This document shows positions 1-9,158 of a stretch of DNA of 64,000 nucleotides, in pieces (within the stretch, counting starts at the first letter, position 1; every line of letters starts with the position of its first letter). Made by a program: the position numbers and the translations under genes. The DNA is from Trebonia sp. (GTDB lineage Bacteria; Actinomycetota; Actinomycetes; Streptosporangiales; Streptosporangiaceae), in assembly GCA_050013875.1 (NCBI GenBank), contig JBEKEK010000019.1, positions 3,807 to 67,806 on the forward strand, read 5' to 3'. The notes under the pieces are model-generated. The model was given only the letters and a program-made list of their open reading frames with translations. It was not told where the DNA came from and did not search any database.

Positions 1-12
1 TTGGGGGTTACC

Positions 13-1224
13 GTGGCCGTTGAGGCTGCTTCTTTCCGTACCCAGACTTCCTTCCACACTCCAACTTCGTACGACGCTGACCCGGTCTTCGTGATGCACC
101 GGGGCGGCAAGATCGGCATCGAGCCCACCGTGGACGTGCCGGACCGGGCCGCGCTGGCCATGGCCTATACGCCGGGCGTGGCCCGCGTCTGCAGCGCTAT
201 CGCCGACGAACCTGAGCTCGCCAGCGAGTACACCTGGACGGGCAACACCGTCGCCGTGGTGAGCGACGGGACCGCCGTGCTCGGCCTGGGCGACATCGGC
301 CCGGCTGCCGCCATGCCGGTCATGGAGGGCAAGGCACTGCTGTTCAAGAAATTCGCCGGCATCAACGCGGTGCCGGTGTGCATCGACGTCACCGCCGTGG
401 ATGACGTGGTGCGCGTGGTCGCCGCGCTCGCGCCCAGCTTCGGCGGCATCAATCTGGAGGACATCTCGGCCCCGCGCTGCTTCGAGATCGAGGAACGGCT
501 CCGCGCCCTGCTCGACATCCCGGTGATGCACGACGACCAGCACGGCACCGCGATCGTGGCGCTGGCCGCGCTGCGCAGCGCCGCCCGGGTGGTCGGCAAG
601 GAGCTGGGCAACATGCGCGTCGTGGTCGCCGGCGCGGGAGCGTCCGGGATCGCGGTGTCCAAGATCATCCTCGCGGCCGGCATCGGCGAGATCGCCGTGG
701 CCGACAGCAAGGGCATGATCTACCAGGGCAGGGACGGGCTCAACCCGGTCAAGACGGAGCTGGCCAAGGTGACCAACGCCGCCGGCTTCGCGGGCGCGCC
801 CGAGTCGGCGCTGCGCGGCGCGGACGTGTTCATCGGGCTGTCCGGCTGCACCCTCCCCGAGGAAGCGCTCACCAGAATGGCGCCGGGCGCGATCGCCTTC
901 CTGCTCTCCAACCCCAACCCGGAGGTCGACCCCGATGTGGCGCGCCGCCACGCCGCCGTCGTGGCCACCGGGCGCAGCGACTTCCCCAACCAGATCAACA
1001 ACTCGCTCGCGTTCCCCGGTGTCTTCCGCGCCGCCCTGGACGTCCGCGCGACCACCATCACCGAGAACATGAAGCTGGCGGCCGCCGACGCCCTCGCCGC
1101 GCTGGTGGGGGGCGACGCCACCCCGGACTACGTCATCCCCAGCCAGTTCGACGAGCGGGTCGCCCCGGCCGTCGCCGCCGCGGTGGCCGCCCAGGCGCGG
1201 GCGGACGGCGTGGCCCGCCGGTAG
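13..1224 (+). CDS. NAD(P)-dependent malic enzyme (short bacterial type)
   Basis: Motifs [59 protein letters not shown] at 13 follows a G-rich RBS-like stretch, but the frame is open from base 1, so the start is uncertain. Confidence 0.92.
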   Translation: MAVEAASFRTQTSFHTPTSYDADPVFVMHRGGKIGIEPTVDVPDRAALAMAYTPGVARVCSAIADEPELASEYTWTGNTVAVVSDGTAVLGLGDIGPAAAMPVMEGKALLFKKFAGINAVPVCIDVTAVDDVVRVVAALAPSFGGINLEDISAPRCFEIEERLRALLDIPVMHDDQHGTAIVALAALRSAARVVGKELGNMRVVVAGAGASGIAVSKIILAAGIGEIAVADSKGMIYQGRDGLNPVKTELAKVTNAAGFAGAPESALRGADVFIGLSGCTLPEEALTRMAPGAIAFLLSNPNPEVDPDVARRHAAVVATGRSDFPNQINNSLAFPGVFRAALDVRATTITENMKLAAADALAALVGGDATPDYVIPSQFDERVAPAVAAAVAAQARADGVARR

Positions 1225-1276
1225 CCCCCGGCCGGCCGCCCGATCTTCCCGCGCCAGGCGGGCGGCCGGTAGGGTC

Positions 1277-2251
1277 ATGATCATGTTCGCCGTCTACGCA
1301 GCGCGTATCGATGCAGAGGACCCGCTGAGCGGGCTTGAGGCGGGAGAGCGGCCCGATCCCGAGCCGCCGGCCGGCTGGACCACGGTCACCGTCAAGGCCA
1401 CCGCGCTCAATCATCACGACGTGTGGTCGCTGCGCGGTGTCGGGCTGCCCGCCGACCGGCTGCCGATGATCCTCGGCTGCGACGCCGCCGGGATCGACTC
1501 CGACGGCAACGAGGTCGTCGTGCACGGAGTGATCGGCGACGCCAACGCGGGCGGTGGCGATGAGACGCTTGACCCCCGGCGGTCGCTGCTCTCCGAGCGG
1601 TACCAGGGCACCTTCGCCGAGCGGGTCGCCGTTCCCAAGGGCAACCTGCTGCCCAAGCCGGCCGCGCTCTCCTTCGAGGAGGCGGCCTGCCTGCCGACCG
1701 CGTACCTGACCGCGTACCGGATGCTCTTCGACAAGTCCGGCGCCCAGCCGGGCGCGACGGTCCTCGTCCAGGGCGCCAGCGGCGGCGTGGCCACCGCGCT
1801 GATCCTGCTCGGCCGCGCGGCCGGCTACCGCATCTGGGTGACCAGCCGCACCGAGGCCAAGCGCGAAGCGGCACTCAAACTCGGTGCCGACCAGGCCTTC
1901 GCCACCAGCGCGCGGCTGCCGGAGCGGGTCGACGTCGTCATGGAGACGGTGGGCCAGGCGACCTGGTCCCACTCGGTCCGCTCGCTCAAGCCGGGCGGCC
2001 GCATCGTCATCTCCGGTGCCACCAGCGGCGACATCCCGCCCGCCGAGCTCACCCGGATCTTCTTCACCCAGCTGTCAGTCGTCGGCTCCACCATGGGCAC
2101 CCGCGACCAGCTGGGCCGCCTCCTCCGCTTCTGCGAGCAAACAGGAACCCGCCCCCTCATCGACCGCGTCCTCCCCTTGGCAGACGCCGCTCAGGGCTTC
2201 GCCGCCATGATCGAAGGCACCCAGACCGGCAAGATCGTCTTCGCCCCCTAG
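1277..2251 (+). CDS. MDR-family (zinc-binding ADH/quinone oxidoreductase-like) oxidoreductase
   Basis: ALNHHD, ILGCDAAG, AACLPTAYLTAY, QGASGGVA, GSTMG, GKIV. Confidence 0.88.
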   Translation: MIMFAVYAARIDAEDPLSGLEAGERPDPEPPAGWTTVTVKATALNHHDVWSLRGVGLPADRLPMILGCDAAGIDSDGNEVVVHGVIGDANAGGGDETLDPRRSLLSERYQGTFAERVAVPKGNLLPKPAALSFEEAACLPTAYLTAYRMLFDKSGAQPGATVLVQGASGGVATALILLGRAAGYRIWVTSRTEAKREAALKLGADQAFATSARLPERVDVVMETVGQATWSHSVRSLKPGGRIVISGATSGDIPPAELTRIFFTQLSVVGSTMGTRDQLGRLLRFCEQTGTRPLIDRVLPLADAAQGFAAMIEGTQTGKIVFAP

Positions 2252-2490
2252 CAGCGTGCGTGCCGCGTGGCTGGCCGGGTTCCGGCGCGCCAAGTCCTCC
2301 CCCGCCCGATAAGAGCGCCCGGCCACGGAAGGAACGGCGCGGCGGCCCCCCGGCGGCCCCAGGCTGCGCCCCGCTTCTCCGCCAGCCGGGTAAAACCCCG
2401 CTTGACCGTCTCCTTAAGGGCTGACGCCTACGTAACGGGTCCAGCCATCTGTTCTCACGTGCTGACGCGCGCGCATCCGGACCGCAGACC

Positions 2491-2585
2491 TGGCTTAGGG
2501 CCAAAGTTGTACACCAAGAAACGGTCATTTGGCTATAAATGTGACTAAATTTCACATGAAATCGTACAACTTTGGCCCTAAGCCA
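2491..2585. repeat. 95-bp element with perfect 22-bp terminal inverted repeats and AT-rich core (MITE/REP-like)
   Basis: tggcttagggccaaagttgtac (2491-2512) is the exact reverse complement of gtacaactttggccctaagcca (2564-2585). Confidence 0.9.
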
Positions 2586-2692
2586 TCTTCACCGAGGCGG
2601 CGGTGGTCGCGTTCGCGGGGAAATCTGTTGTTACTGATCAGCGCGGTGCGTGGGTGGTTATTTCTTGGTCAGACGCTCACCGTAAGCCGACG

Positions 2693-2866
2693 AGCGGCAG
2701 CTCCTCAAAGGAACTCAGGAGTCAGTCAACGCGAGCGCCAGCCCAGAAAAGGAACGCCAGTGCCAAGCAACGCGAGCGTCAGCCCCCAAAGGGACCCCAG
2801 AGCCTGGCAACGCCAGCGGTAGCTCCCCAAGGGGACACCTCTGCGTTAGCAACGCAAGCGTTAGCC
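2693..2866. repeat. Degenerate tandem repeat, ~41-bp period, 4 units plus a partial fifth
   Basis: Units start at 2693, 2734, 2775, 2815 and 2857 and share agcgNNagc...aagg...caacgc. Confidence 0.75.
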
Positions 2867-2928
2867 CGACGACGCCCGAGCCCGACTAACGGCACTGCCC
2901 CTACAGACCTTAGAGGGGTGGGGGCGCC

Positions 2929-2976
2929 GGGAAATTTCCGCTGGCCTTCCGAAGGAGTGCCAGCGGAAATTTACCC
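2929..2976. repeat. REP-like palindrome, possible terminator between convergent genes
   Basis: aaatttccgctggc (2932-2945) pairs with gccagcggaaattt (2959-2972), with an inner ccttccgaagg hairpin. A T-rich tract ttttgcctttg follows near 3001. Confidence 0.7.
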
Positions 2977-3015
2977 AAGCCGCCCAGCCCCGCCCGGGGG
3001 TTTTGCCTTTGACCT

Positions 3016-3954
3016 CTAGGAACCCCGAGAGCCAGAGTCATCTGCAGGAGGCGCATCCGACGAGCCAGGAGTGTTCAGCGGTCCCAGAACCTCGGTCCGA
3101 ATCCGCTCCAGCGTATCCGCGAAGATGTCCCGCAGCTGCGGTATCACCTCGCTGCCGAGGATGCTGCTTGAGTCCCAGGCAACCGAGCGCAGGTCGCTCA
3201 CGAAGTCCCTCGCCAGCCGCTCGAAGTCGCGGAGCGCGGCGAGGTCGGGCGTGGCGCGGCCCGGGCGGTCGGTCCAGTGGCTCCACTCGCTCCAGTTGCC
3301 CCAGCCGCCGAACTGATCGCGCGCGTCGTCGCGTAGCTGGGTAGCCTCCTCGCGGAGACGCTGGGCGTGGCCGAAGGCCTCGTCCCGCGCCTGCCGGGCA
3401 CGGTCGCGGGCTTGCCGGGCTTGCGACCAGGCGCTCTCCTTGGCCTGCCTGGCCTGCTCGCGGGCGTCCTTAGCCTGCTCGCGCGCCTCCCTGGCCTGCT
3501 CGCGGGCCTCCTTGGCCTGGTCGCGGGCCGCCTCGGCGGCCTCACGGGCGGTGTCGCGCTCGGTCTGGCGTACCTCGCGGGCTGCCCTGGTCAGTTCCTC
3601 GCGCAGGCTGCGGACGGTGGCCCGCACATCCTCGCCGAATTCGCGGGCGATGTCGCTGACCGACTCCGACAGCTCCTCCTCGAGTTCGTCGAGCTCGGCG
3701 CCGCGGCTGCGGAGCTCCTCGCGGCCCGCGTCGGTGATCCGGTAGACCTTGCGGCCGTTCTCCTCGTCGTGGGTGACCAGGCCCTCGTCCTCGAGCCGGG
3801 ACAGCCGGGGGTAGATCGTGCCGGGGGAGGGAGCGTAGACGCCCATGAACCGGTCCCGCAGCAGCCGGATTACTTCGTAGCCGTGTCGCGGCTCCTCATC
3901 CAGCAGGCGCAGCAGGTACAGCCTGAGCCGTCCATGGCGGAAAACCGGGGTCAT
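3016..3954 (-). CDS. PadR-family transcriptional regulator with long coiled-coil C-terminal region
   Basis: PRHGYEVI...YAPSPGTIYPRL..LE..GLV...RKVYRITDAG; 4-bp overlap with the upstream gene. Confidence 0.92.
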   Translation of the reverse strand: MTPVFRHGRLRLYLLRLLDEEPRHGYEVIRLLRDRFMGVYAPSPGTIYPRLSRLEDEGLVTHDEENGRKVYRITDAGREELRSRGAELDELEEELSESVSDIAREFGEDVRATVRSLREELTRAAREVRQTERDTAREAAEAARDQAKEAREQAREAREQAKDAREQARQAKESAWSQARQARDRARQARDEAFGHAQRLREEATQLRDDARDQFGGWGNWSEWSHWTDRPGRATPDLAALRDFERLARDFVSDLRSVAWDSSSILGSEVIPQLRDIFADTLERIRTEVLGPLNTPGSSDAPPADDSGSRGS

Positions 3955-4772
3955 CGCGTCTCGCTCTCTTTTCCTTCCCGGCGCAGGCGCCGCAGCAGCG
4001 TCACCGAGCCGGACATGGTGCTCACGGACACGCGCCCGGTACCTGCACCTACGTTACCGCTTACGGTATGTGAGGCAGGTGCCTTGGCCGTGCGGAGCGT
4101 TTCGAACTCGCTGCGGACCGCGCCGGAGGTGGACTGCAGGTGCACCTTGGCGTCGCTGGCGGCCGGCAGCCGCAGGGTCACGTCGCCGGACATCGTGCTG
4201 ACGTGCACGTCGCCCCCGTCGCGGAGCGCGACGTCGGCCGCGATCGGCCCGCTCATGGTGTTCGCCTCAAGGCGGTCGAGCCAGCCGTCGGCAAGCACCA
4301 GCCCGCCGGACATGGACTTGAAGCGGACCTCGCCGTCGATGTCGCGCGCCGCGACCTCGCCGGACATGGTCTCCGCCTCCACGTTCCCGGCGACCCCGTC
4401 CAACGTCACGTCGCCCGACATCCCCTTGACCGCCGCACCAGAACGCAGGCCGGACACGATCGCCGACGCACTGAGCACGCCAAGCTGGATCGGGCAGTCG
4501 GCGGGCACGGTGAGGGTGACCGCGGCGCTGTCGTGCCGTGGCTTCAGGAAGCCGAGCAGGCCTTCCCAGGAGAGCGACTCGTAGCTGACCGTCAGCTCGC
4601 CGTCTTCGTTCTGGCTGACCTGAAGGGCGCGCCCCTTGAGCTCGGTGACCACCAGCGACGGCCGGTCATCGGAGGCGAGGACCGCCACCGATCCGGCCAT
4701 CAGGCGCACGTTCAGCGCCGTAACGTCGTCGAAGTCCAGGCGCTTGGGCGCATCGACAGTCCAGCTTGGCAT
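3951..4772 (-). CDS. DUF4097-like beta-strand repeat protein
   Basis: Repeated (T/S/G)MSG(D/E)V motifs; typical operon partner of PadR. Confidence 0.8.
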   Translation of the reverse strand: MPSWTVDAPKRLDFDDVTALNVRLMAGSVAVLASDDRPSLVVTELKGRALQVSQNEDGELTVSYESLSWEGLLGFLKPRHDSAAVTLTVPADCPIQLGVLSASAIVSGLRSGAAVKGMSGDVTLDGVAGNVEAETMSGEVAARDIDGEVRFKSMSGGLVLADGWLDRLEANTMSGPIAADVALRDGGDVHVSTMSGDVTLRLPAASDAKVHLQSTSGAVRSEFETLRTAKAPASHTVSGNVGAGTGRVSVSTMSGSVTLLRRLRREGKESETR

Positions 4773-4807
4773 GACAAGTCCTCCTGGGCGATACGTTCAT
4801 CTGTAAC

Positions 4808-4848
4808 CAAGATATATCGCGTCTTGGAGAAGTCAAGATGTATCGCGT
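4808..4848. promoter_or_regulatory. Two direct-repeat operator candidates for PadR autoregulation
   Basis: caagatatatcgcgt (4808-4822) and caagatgtatcgcgt (4834-4848), with a GATATATC palindromic core, upstream of the DUF4097-padR operon. Confidence 0.6.
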
Positions 4849-4944
4849 TAACGGCTGGCCTCCGCCCCGGCTTCCCGCTGGTGAGAGCAGTGGAAGCCGA
4901 GGGGCGAAGACACGGGTCCGTTCGAGAGGGCTGTTCTGTCTCTT

Positions 4945-5151
4945 TTACTCGTCTTCCGGCTCGCCTTGAGGGTCGTCGTCGGAGTCAGAGTCAGTTCTGG
5001 CGAGCCATTTGGCCAGCCGGTCGATGGCCGTCTCGAACTCGGGATTGAGGTCAACGAAGTCGCGCATCCGCTCGGCAAGCCAGGCCATGGTGACCTGCTC
5101 ATCGCCGCGGCGCTCGTCGAGTTCCTCGATCCCGGCGTCGGTGAAGTACAT
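4945..5151 (-). CDS. Small acidic conserved actinobacterial protein (DUF6104-like)
   Basis: MYFTDAGIEEL..RRG...WLAER...FVDLNPEFE...RLA.WLAR, directly downstream of kgd. Confidence 0.8.
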   Translation of the reverse strand: MYFTDAGIEELDERRGDEQVTMAWLAERMRDFVDLNPEFETAIDRLAKWLARTDSDSDDDPQGEPEDE

Positions 5152-5153
5152 CG

Positions 5154-8100
5154 CTAGCCCTCCGCTGGGATAGCCGTCTCGATCAATTCACGGTGAGAGG
5201 AGTTGTGCACCTTGGCCGAGCCGTACGCGGGCGCGGAGCTCGCGGGCAGCGATACGACGGACAGCGGCCGTCCGAGCAACTCCGGCAGCCGCAGGGCCAT
5301 CCTCGGCCAGGCGCCCTGGTTGACCGGCTCCTCCTGGGCCCAGACGAGCTCTGCGTCGCTTGGGTACCGGGAGAGTTCGGCCCGCAGGTTCTCGTGCGGG
5401 ACCGGGTAGAGCTGCTCAACGCGGACGATCGCGGTCGAGTTGGCGTTCGCCTTGGCGCGGTAATCGGCCAGGTCGTAATAGAACTTGCCGGAGCACAGCA
5501 CCACCCGGCGAACCGCCGAGCTGTTGAAGTTGGCGGGTTCGCCGATCATCGGCTGGAACGCGCCGCTGGTGAATTCGGCCGTCGCTGACGTGGCGGCCTT
5601 GGCCCGGAGAATCGACTTCGGGGTGAAGACGATCAGCGGCTTGTGCCGGCCCGACAGCGCCTGCCAGCGCAGCAGGTGGAAGTAGTTGGCCGGCGTGGTC
5701 GGCAGGGCGACTGTCATGTTGTCCTGTGCGCACAGCGCTAGGAACCGCTCGATCCGGGCGGAGGAGTGGTCCGGGCCCTGGCCCTCGTAGCCGTGCGGTA
5801 GCAGCAGCACGACGCTGGACTTCTGGCCCCACTTCTGCTCGCCGGAGCTGATGAACTCGTCGATGATCGTCTGCGCGCCGTTCATGAAGTCGCCGAACTG
5901 CGCCTCCCACATGACCAGCGCGTCGGGCCGGGCGACCGAGTAACCGTACTCGAAGCCCATCGCGGCGAACTCCGACAGCAGCGAGTCGTAGACGAAGAAC
6001 CGCGCCTTGCCGTTGTCGAGCTTCTTGAGCGGCGTGTAGTCGCCGCCGGTGTGCCGGTCGACGAGCACCGCGTGCCGCTGGCCGAACGTGCCGCGCCGGG
6101 TATCCTGGCCGACCATCCGGACCGGCCGGCCGTCCTGCAGCAGCGAGCCGATGGCGAGCAGCTCGCCGGTCGCCCAGTCGATCGAGTCCTCCGCGACCAT
6201 GGTGGCGCGCCGGTCAAGCTGGGGCTTGAGCCGCGGGTGGACGGTGAACCCTTCGGGGATGTTGACCTGGGTGTCGATGATCTGCTTGACCGCGTCCATG
6301 GTGATCGCGGTCGGCACCGCGGAGTGGTTCACCGGGCGCTCGCCGACCTCGGCGGGCAGCACCGTGCCAGGCTGCGCCGGCAGCCCGGCCGCGTCCCTGG
6401 TCTCGGTGAACGCGCGCTCGAGCTGCTGCTGGTAGTCGCGCAGGGCCGCCTCGGCCTCTTCCATCGTGAGGTCGCCGCGGGCGATAAGCGACTCGGTGTA
6501 AAGCTTGCGCACGCTCCGCCGGGCCTCGATCAGGTCGTACATCAGCGGCTGGGTGAAGCTGGGGTTGTCGGTCTCGTTGTGCCCGCGGCGCCGGTAGCAG
6601 ACCATGTCGATCACGACGTCCTTGCGGAACGTCTCCCGGTAGGCGAAGGAGAGCTTGCCGACCCGGGCGACCGCCTCCGGGTCGTCGCCGTTCACGTGGA
6701 AAATGGGCGCCTGGATCATCCGCGCCACGTCGGTCGCGTACACGCTCGAGCGCGAGTACTGCGGCGAGGTGGTGAAGCCGACCTGGTTGTTCACCACGAT
6801 GTGCACGGTGCCGCCGGTCCGGTAGCCGCGCAGCTGGCTGAGGTTCAGCGTCTCGGCCACCACGCCCTGGCCCGCGAACGCCGCGTCGCCGTGAATGAGC
6901 ACCGGCAGCACGGTGAAGCCGTCCTCGCTCATGTCGAGGACGTCCTGCTTGGCGCGGACCACACCCTCGGTCACCGGGTCGGAGGCCTCCAGGTGGCTGG
7001 GGTTGGCGACCAGGCTGGTCGGGATCCGCTTGCCGCTGGCGGCGGTGAAGACGCCCTCGGCGCCCAGGTGGTACTTGACGTCGCCCGAGCCCTGGGTGGA
7101 CTTGGGGTCAGGGTTGCCCTCGAACTCCTTGAAGATCTGTCCGTAGGACTTGCCGATGACATTGGCGAGCACGTTGAGCCGGCCGCGGTGCGCCATGCCG
7201 ATCACGGCCTCGTCGAGGCCAGCGTCGGCGGCCTCGCTGATCACCGTGTCGAGCAGCGGGATCAGCGCCTCGCCGCCCTCCAGGGAGAAGCGCTTCTGGC
7301 CGACGTACTTGGTCTGCAGGAACGTCTCGAACGCCTCGGCCACGTTGAGCTTGGACAGGATGCGGATCTGCTCGTCGTGGCTGGCGCGGGTCGGCGGGAC
7401 CTCGATGCGCGCCTGGATCCACTTGCGCTCTTCCGGGTCCTGGATGTGCATGTACTCGATGCCGACCGTGCGGCAGTAAGAGTCGCGGAGCACCCCGAGG
7501 ATCTCGCGCAGCCGCCTGATCGGCTTGCCGCTGAAACCGCCGGTGGCGAACTCGCGCTCCAGGTCCCACAGGGTGAGGCCGTGCTTGATGATATCCAGGT
7601 CCTCGTGCTTGCGCTGGACGGTCTCGAGCGGGTTGGTGTCAGCCATCAGGTGGCCGCGGACCCGGTAGGCGTGGATCAGTTCCTGTACCCGGGCCGAGCG
7701 GGTCACGTCGTCCTCGTGCCCGTAGGGGAAGTCCCTGACCCAGCGGACCGGCTCATACGGGACCCGGAGCGACCCGAAGATCTTGTCGTAGAACTCGCCC
7801 TCGCCAAGCAGCAGCGAGTGGATGATCCGCAGGAAGTCGCCGGACTGCGCGCCCTGGATGATCCGGTGGTCGTAGGTGGAGGTCAGCGTAACCGTCTTGC
7901 TGATCGCCAGCTTGGCCATCGTCTCCTCGCTCGCGCCCTGGTAGGCGGCGGGGTACTCCATCGCGCCAACGCCGACGATCGTGCCCTGGCCGGGCATCAG
8001 CCGGGGCACCGAGTGCTCGGTGCCGATCGTGCCCGGGTTGGTGAGGGAGATCGTGGTGGACTGGAAGTCAGCGACTGTCAGCTTATTGTTGCGCGCCTTG

Positions 8101-8927
8101 CGGACCACGTCCTCGTAGGCGGTCCAGAACTGGCGGAAGTCCATCTCGTCGGCGGCCTTGATGTTCGGCACCAGCAGCTGCCTGCTGCCGTCCTTGGCCT
8201 TCAGGTCAATGGCCAGGCCGAGGTTCACGTGGTGGGGCGAGGCGAGGAACGGCTTGCCGTCTTCCTCGGCGTACGCCGCGTTCATCTCCGGCAGCGCCTT
8301 GAGCGCCTGGACCACCGCGTAGCCGATCAGGTGGGTGAAGGAGATCTTCCCGCCCCGGCCGCGCTGCAGGTGGTTGTTGATCACAATCCGGTTGTCAATG
8401 AGCAGCTTGGCCGGCACCGCGCGGACACTGGTGGCGGTCGGCACGCTGAGGCTGGCGGCCATGTTCACCGCCGTGCGGGCGGCGGCGCCGCGGAGCTTGC
8501 TGACCTCGGCGTCGCTCGGCGGCGGGGCAACCGGGCCGGCCTGGGAGGGCTGGGAGACCTGCGAAACCTGCGCGGGCGCCGCGGCCGCGGCAGCGGGCCT
8601 GGCCGGGGCGGCCGGCGTCGCCTCGGGCGCGGCCGGCGCCTCCGGTGGGGTCAGCGACAATCCCGCATTCTGATTTCCGCTCGCGCGGACGGGCCGATAG
8701 TCGGCGAAAAACGACCACCACGCCCGGTCGACTGAGGCCGGGTCGGCGAGGTACTGCTGGTAAAGCTCATCGACAAGCCACTCATTAGTGCCGAAATCGG
8801 CATTGGCCGGGGTGGCGCCAGCCTCCGTCGGGTCGCCCGCGCGGCCGTTGGCCGCCGACGAGGAGGTTCTTGATGGCGCGCTGGGATCCGCGGCGGCGAG
8901 CGGCGTCTTAGAAGACACGGCGGACAT
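5154..8927 (-). CDS. kgd: Multifunctional 2-oxoglutarate decarboxylase/dehydrogenase (E2-like domain fused to E1o)
   Basis: [11 protein letters not shown]-terminus, [29 protein letters not shown] ThDP motif, [19 protein letters not shown]; 1257 aa. Confidence 0.97.
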   Translation of the reverse strand: MSAVSSKTPLAAADPSAPSRTSSSAANGRAGDPTEAGATPANADFGTNEWLVDELYQQYLADPASVDRAWWSFFADYRPVRASGNQNAGLSLTPPEAPAAPEATPAAPARPAAAAAAPAQVSQVSQPSQAGPVAPPPSDAEVSKLRGAAARTAVNMAASLSVPTATSVRAVPAKLLIDNRIVINNHLQRGRGGKISFTHLIGYAVVQALKALPEMNAAYAEEDGKPFLASPHHVNLGLAIDLKAKDGSRQLLVPNIKAADEMDFRQFWTAYEDVVRKARNNKLTVADFQSTTISLTNPGTIGTEHSVPRLMPGQGTIVGVGAMEYPAAYQGASEETMAKLAISKTVTLTSTYDHRIIQGAQSGDFLRIIHSLLLGEGEFYDKIFGSLRVPYEPVRWVRDFPYGHEDDVTRSARVQELIHAYRVRGHLMADTNPLETVQRKHEDLDIIKHGLTLWDLEREFATGGFSGKPIRRLREILGVLRDSYCRTVGIEYMHIQDPEERKWIQARIEVPPTRASHDEQIRILSKLNVAEAFETFLQTKYVGQKRFSLEGGEALIPLLDTVISEAADAGLDEAVIGMAHRGRLNVLANVIGKSYGQIFKEFEGNPDPKSTQGSGDVKYHLGAEGVFTAASGKRIPTSLVANPSHLEASDPVTEGVVRAKQDVLDMSEDGFTVLPVLIHGDAAFAGQGVVAETLNLSQLRGYRTGGTVHIVVNNQVGFTTSPQYSRSSVYATDVARMIQAPIFHVNGDDPEAVARVGKLSFAYRETFRKDVVIDMVCYRRRGHNETDNPSFTQPLMYDLIEARRSVRKLYTESLIARGDLTMEEAEAALRDYQQQLERAFTETRDAAGLPAQPGTVLPAEVGERPVNHSAVPTAITMDAVKQIIDTQVNIPEGFTVHPRLKPQLDRRATMVAEDSIDWATGELLAIGSLLQDGRPVRMVGQDTRRGTFGQRHAVLVDRHTGGDYTPLKKLDNGKARFFVYDSLLSEFAAMGFEYGYSVARPDALVMWEAQFGDFMNGAQTIIDEFISSGEQKWGQKSSVVLLLPHGYEGQGPDHSSARIERFLALCAQDNMTVALPTTPANYFHLLRWQALSGRHKPLIVFTPKSILRAKAATSATAEFTSGAFQPMIGEPANFNSSAVRRVVLCSGKFYYDLADYRAKANANSTAIVRVEQLYPVPHENLRAELSRYPSDAELVWAQEEPVNQGAWPRMALRLPELLGRPLSVVSLPASSAPAYGSAKVHNSSHRELIETAIPAEG

Positions 8928-9158
8928 CGCCTTCTTCCGAAAGATTGGTTTGCTGGTTACTGACTCCCGCCCCTAAGGTTACCTGTCGGTTGCATGGACA
9001 GGTGGCGCGATGAGCGTCCAGTGACCAGGCTGACGCATGTGGCGTCAGTCACGCGCACCGACGCGTTCTAAAGCGCTGCGTCGCCGATGAAAGGCCGGAC
9101 CTTGGAGACTGAAATCTGGGACCTGCGCGGCGCCGCAGAGGCGTACGCTCAAGCTTAA

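Noticed and set aside
2540-2556. CRP site
   Set aside because: The TGTGA-TCACA spacing is 7 bp rather than 6, and no gene start is nearby.
2693-2866. Degenerate CRISPR array
   Set aside because: The period is only ~41 bp and the variable parts are similar to one another.
2267-3019. Short ORFs in the convergent gap
   Set aside because: Atypical composition, derived from repeats, no motifs.
6051-8735. 894-aa ORF antisense to kgd, and similar long antisense ORFs (e.g. 45686-47854, 29574-31526)
   Set aside because: Shadow ORFs caused by high GC3 on the real coding strand; no recognisable motifs.
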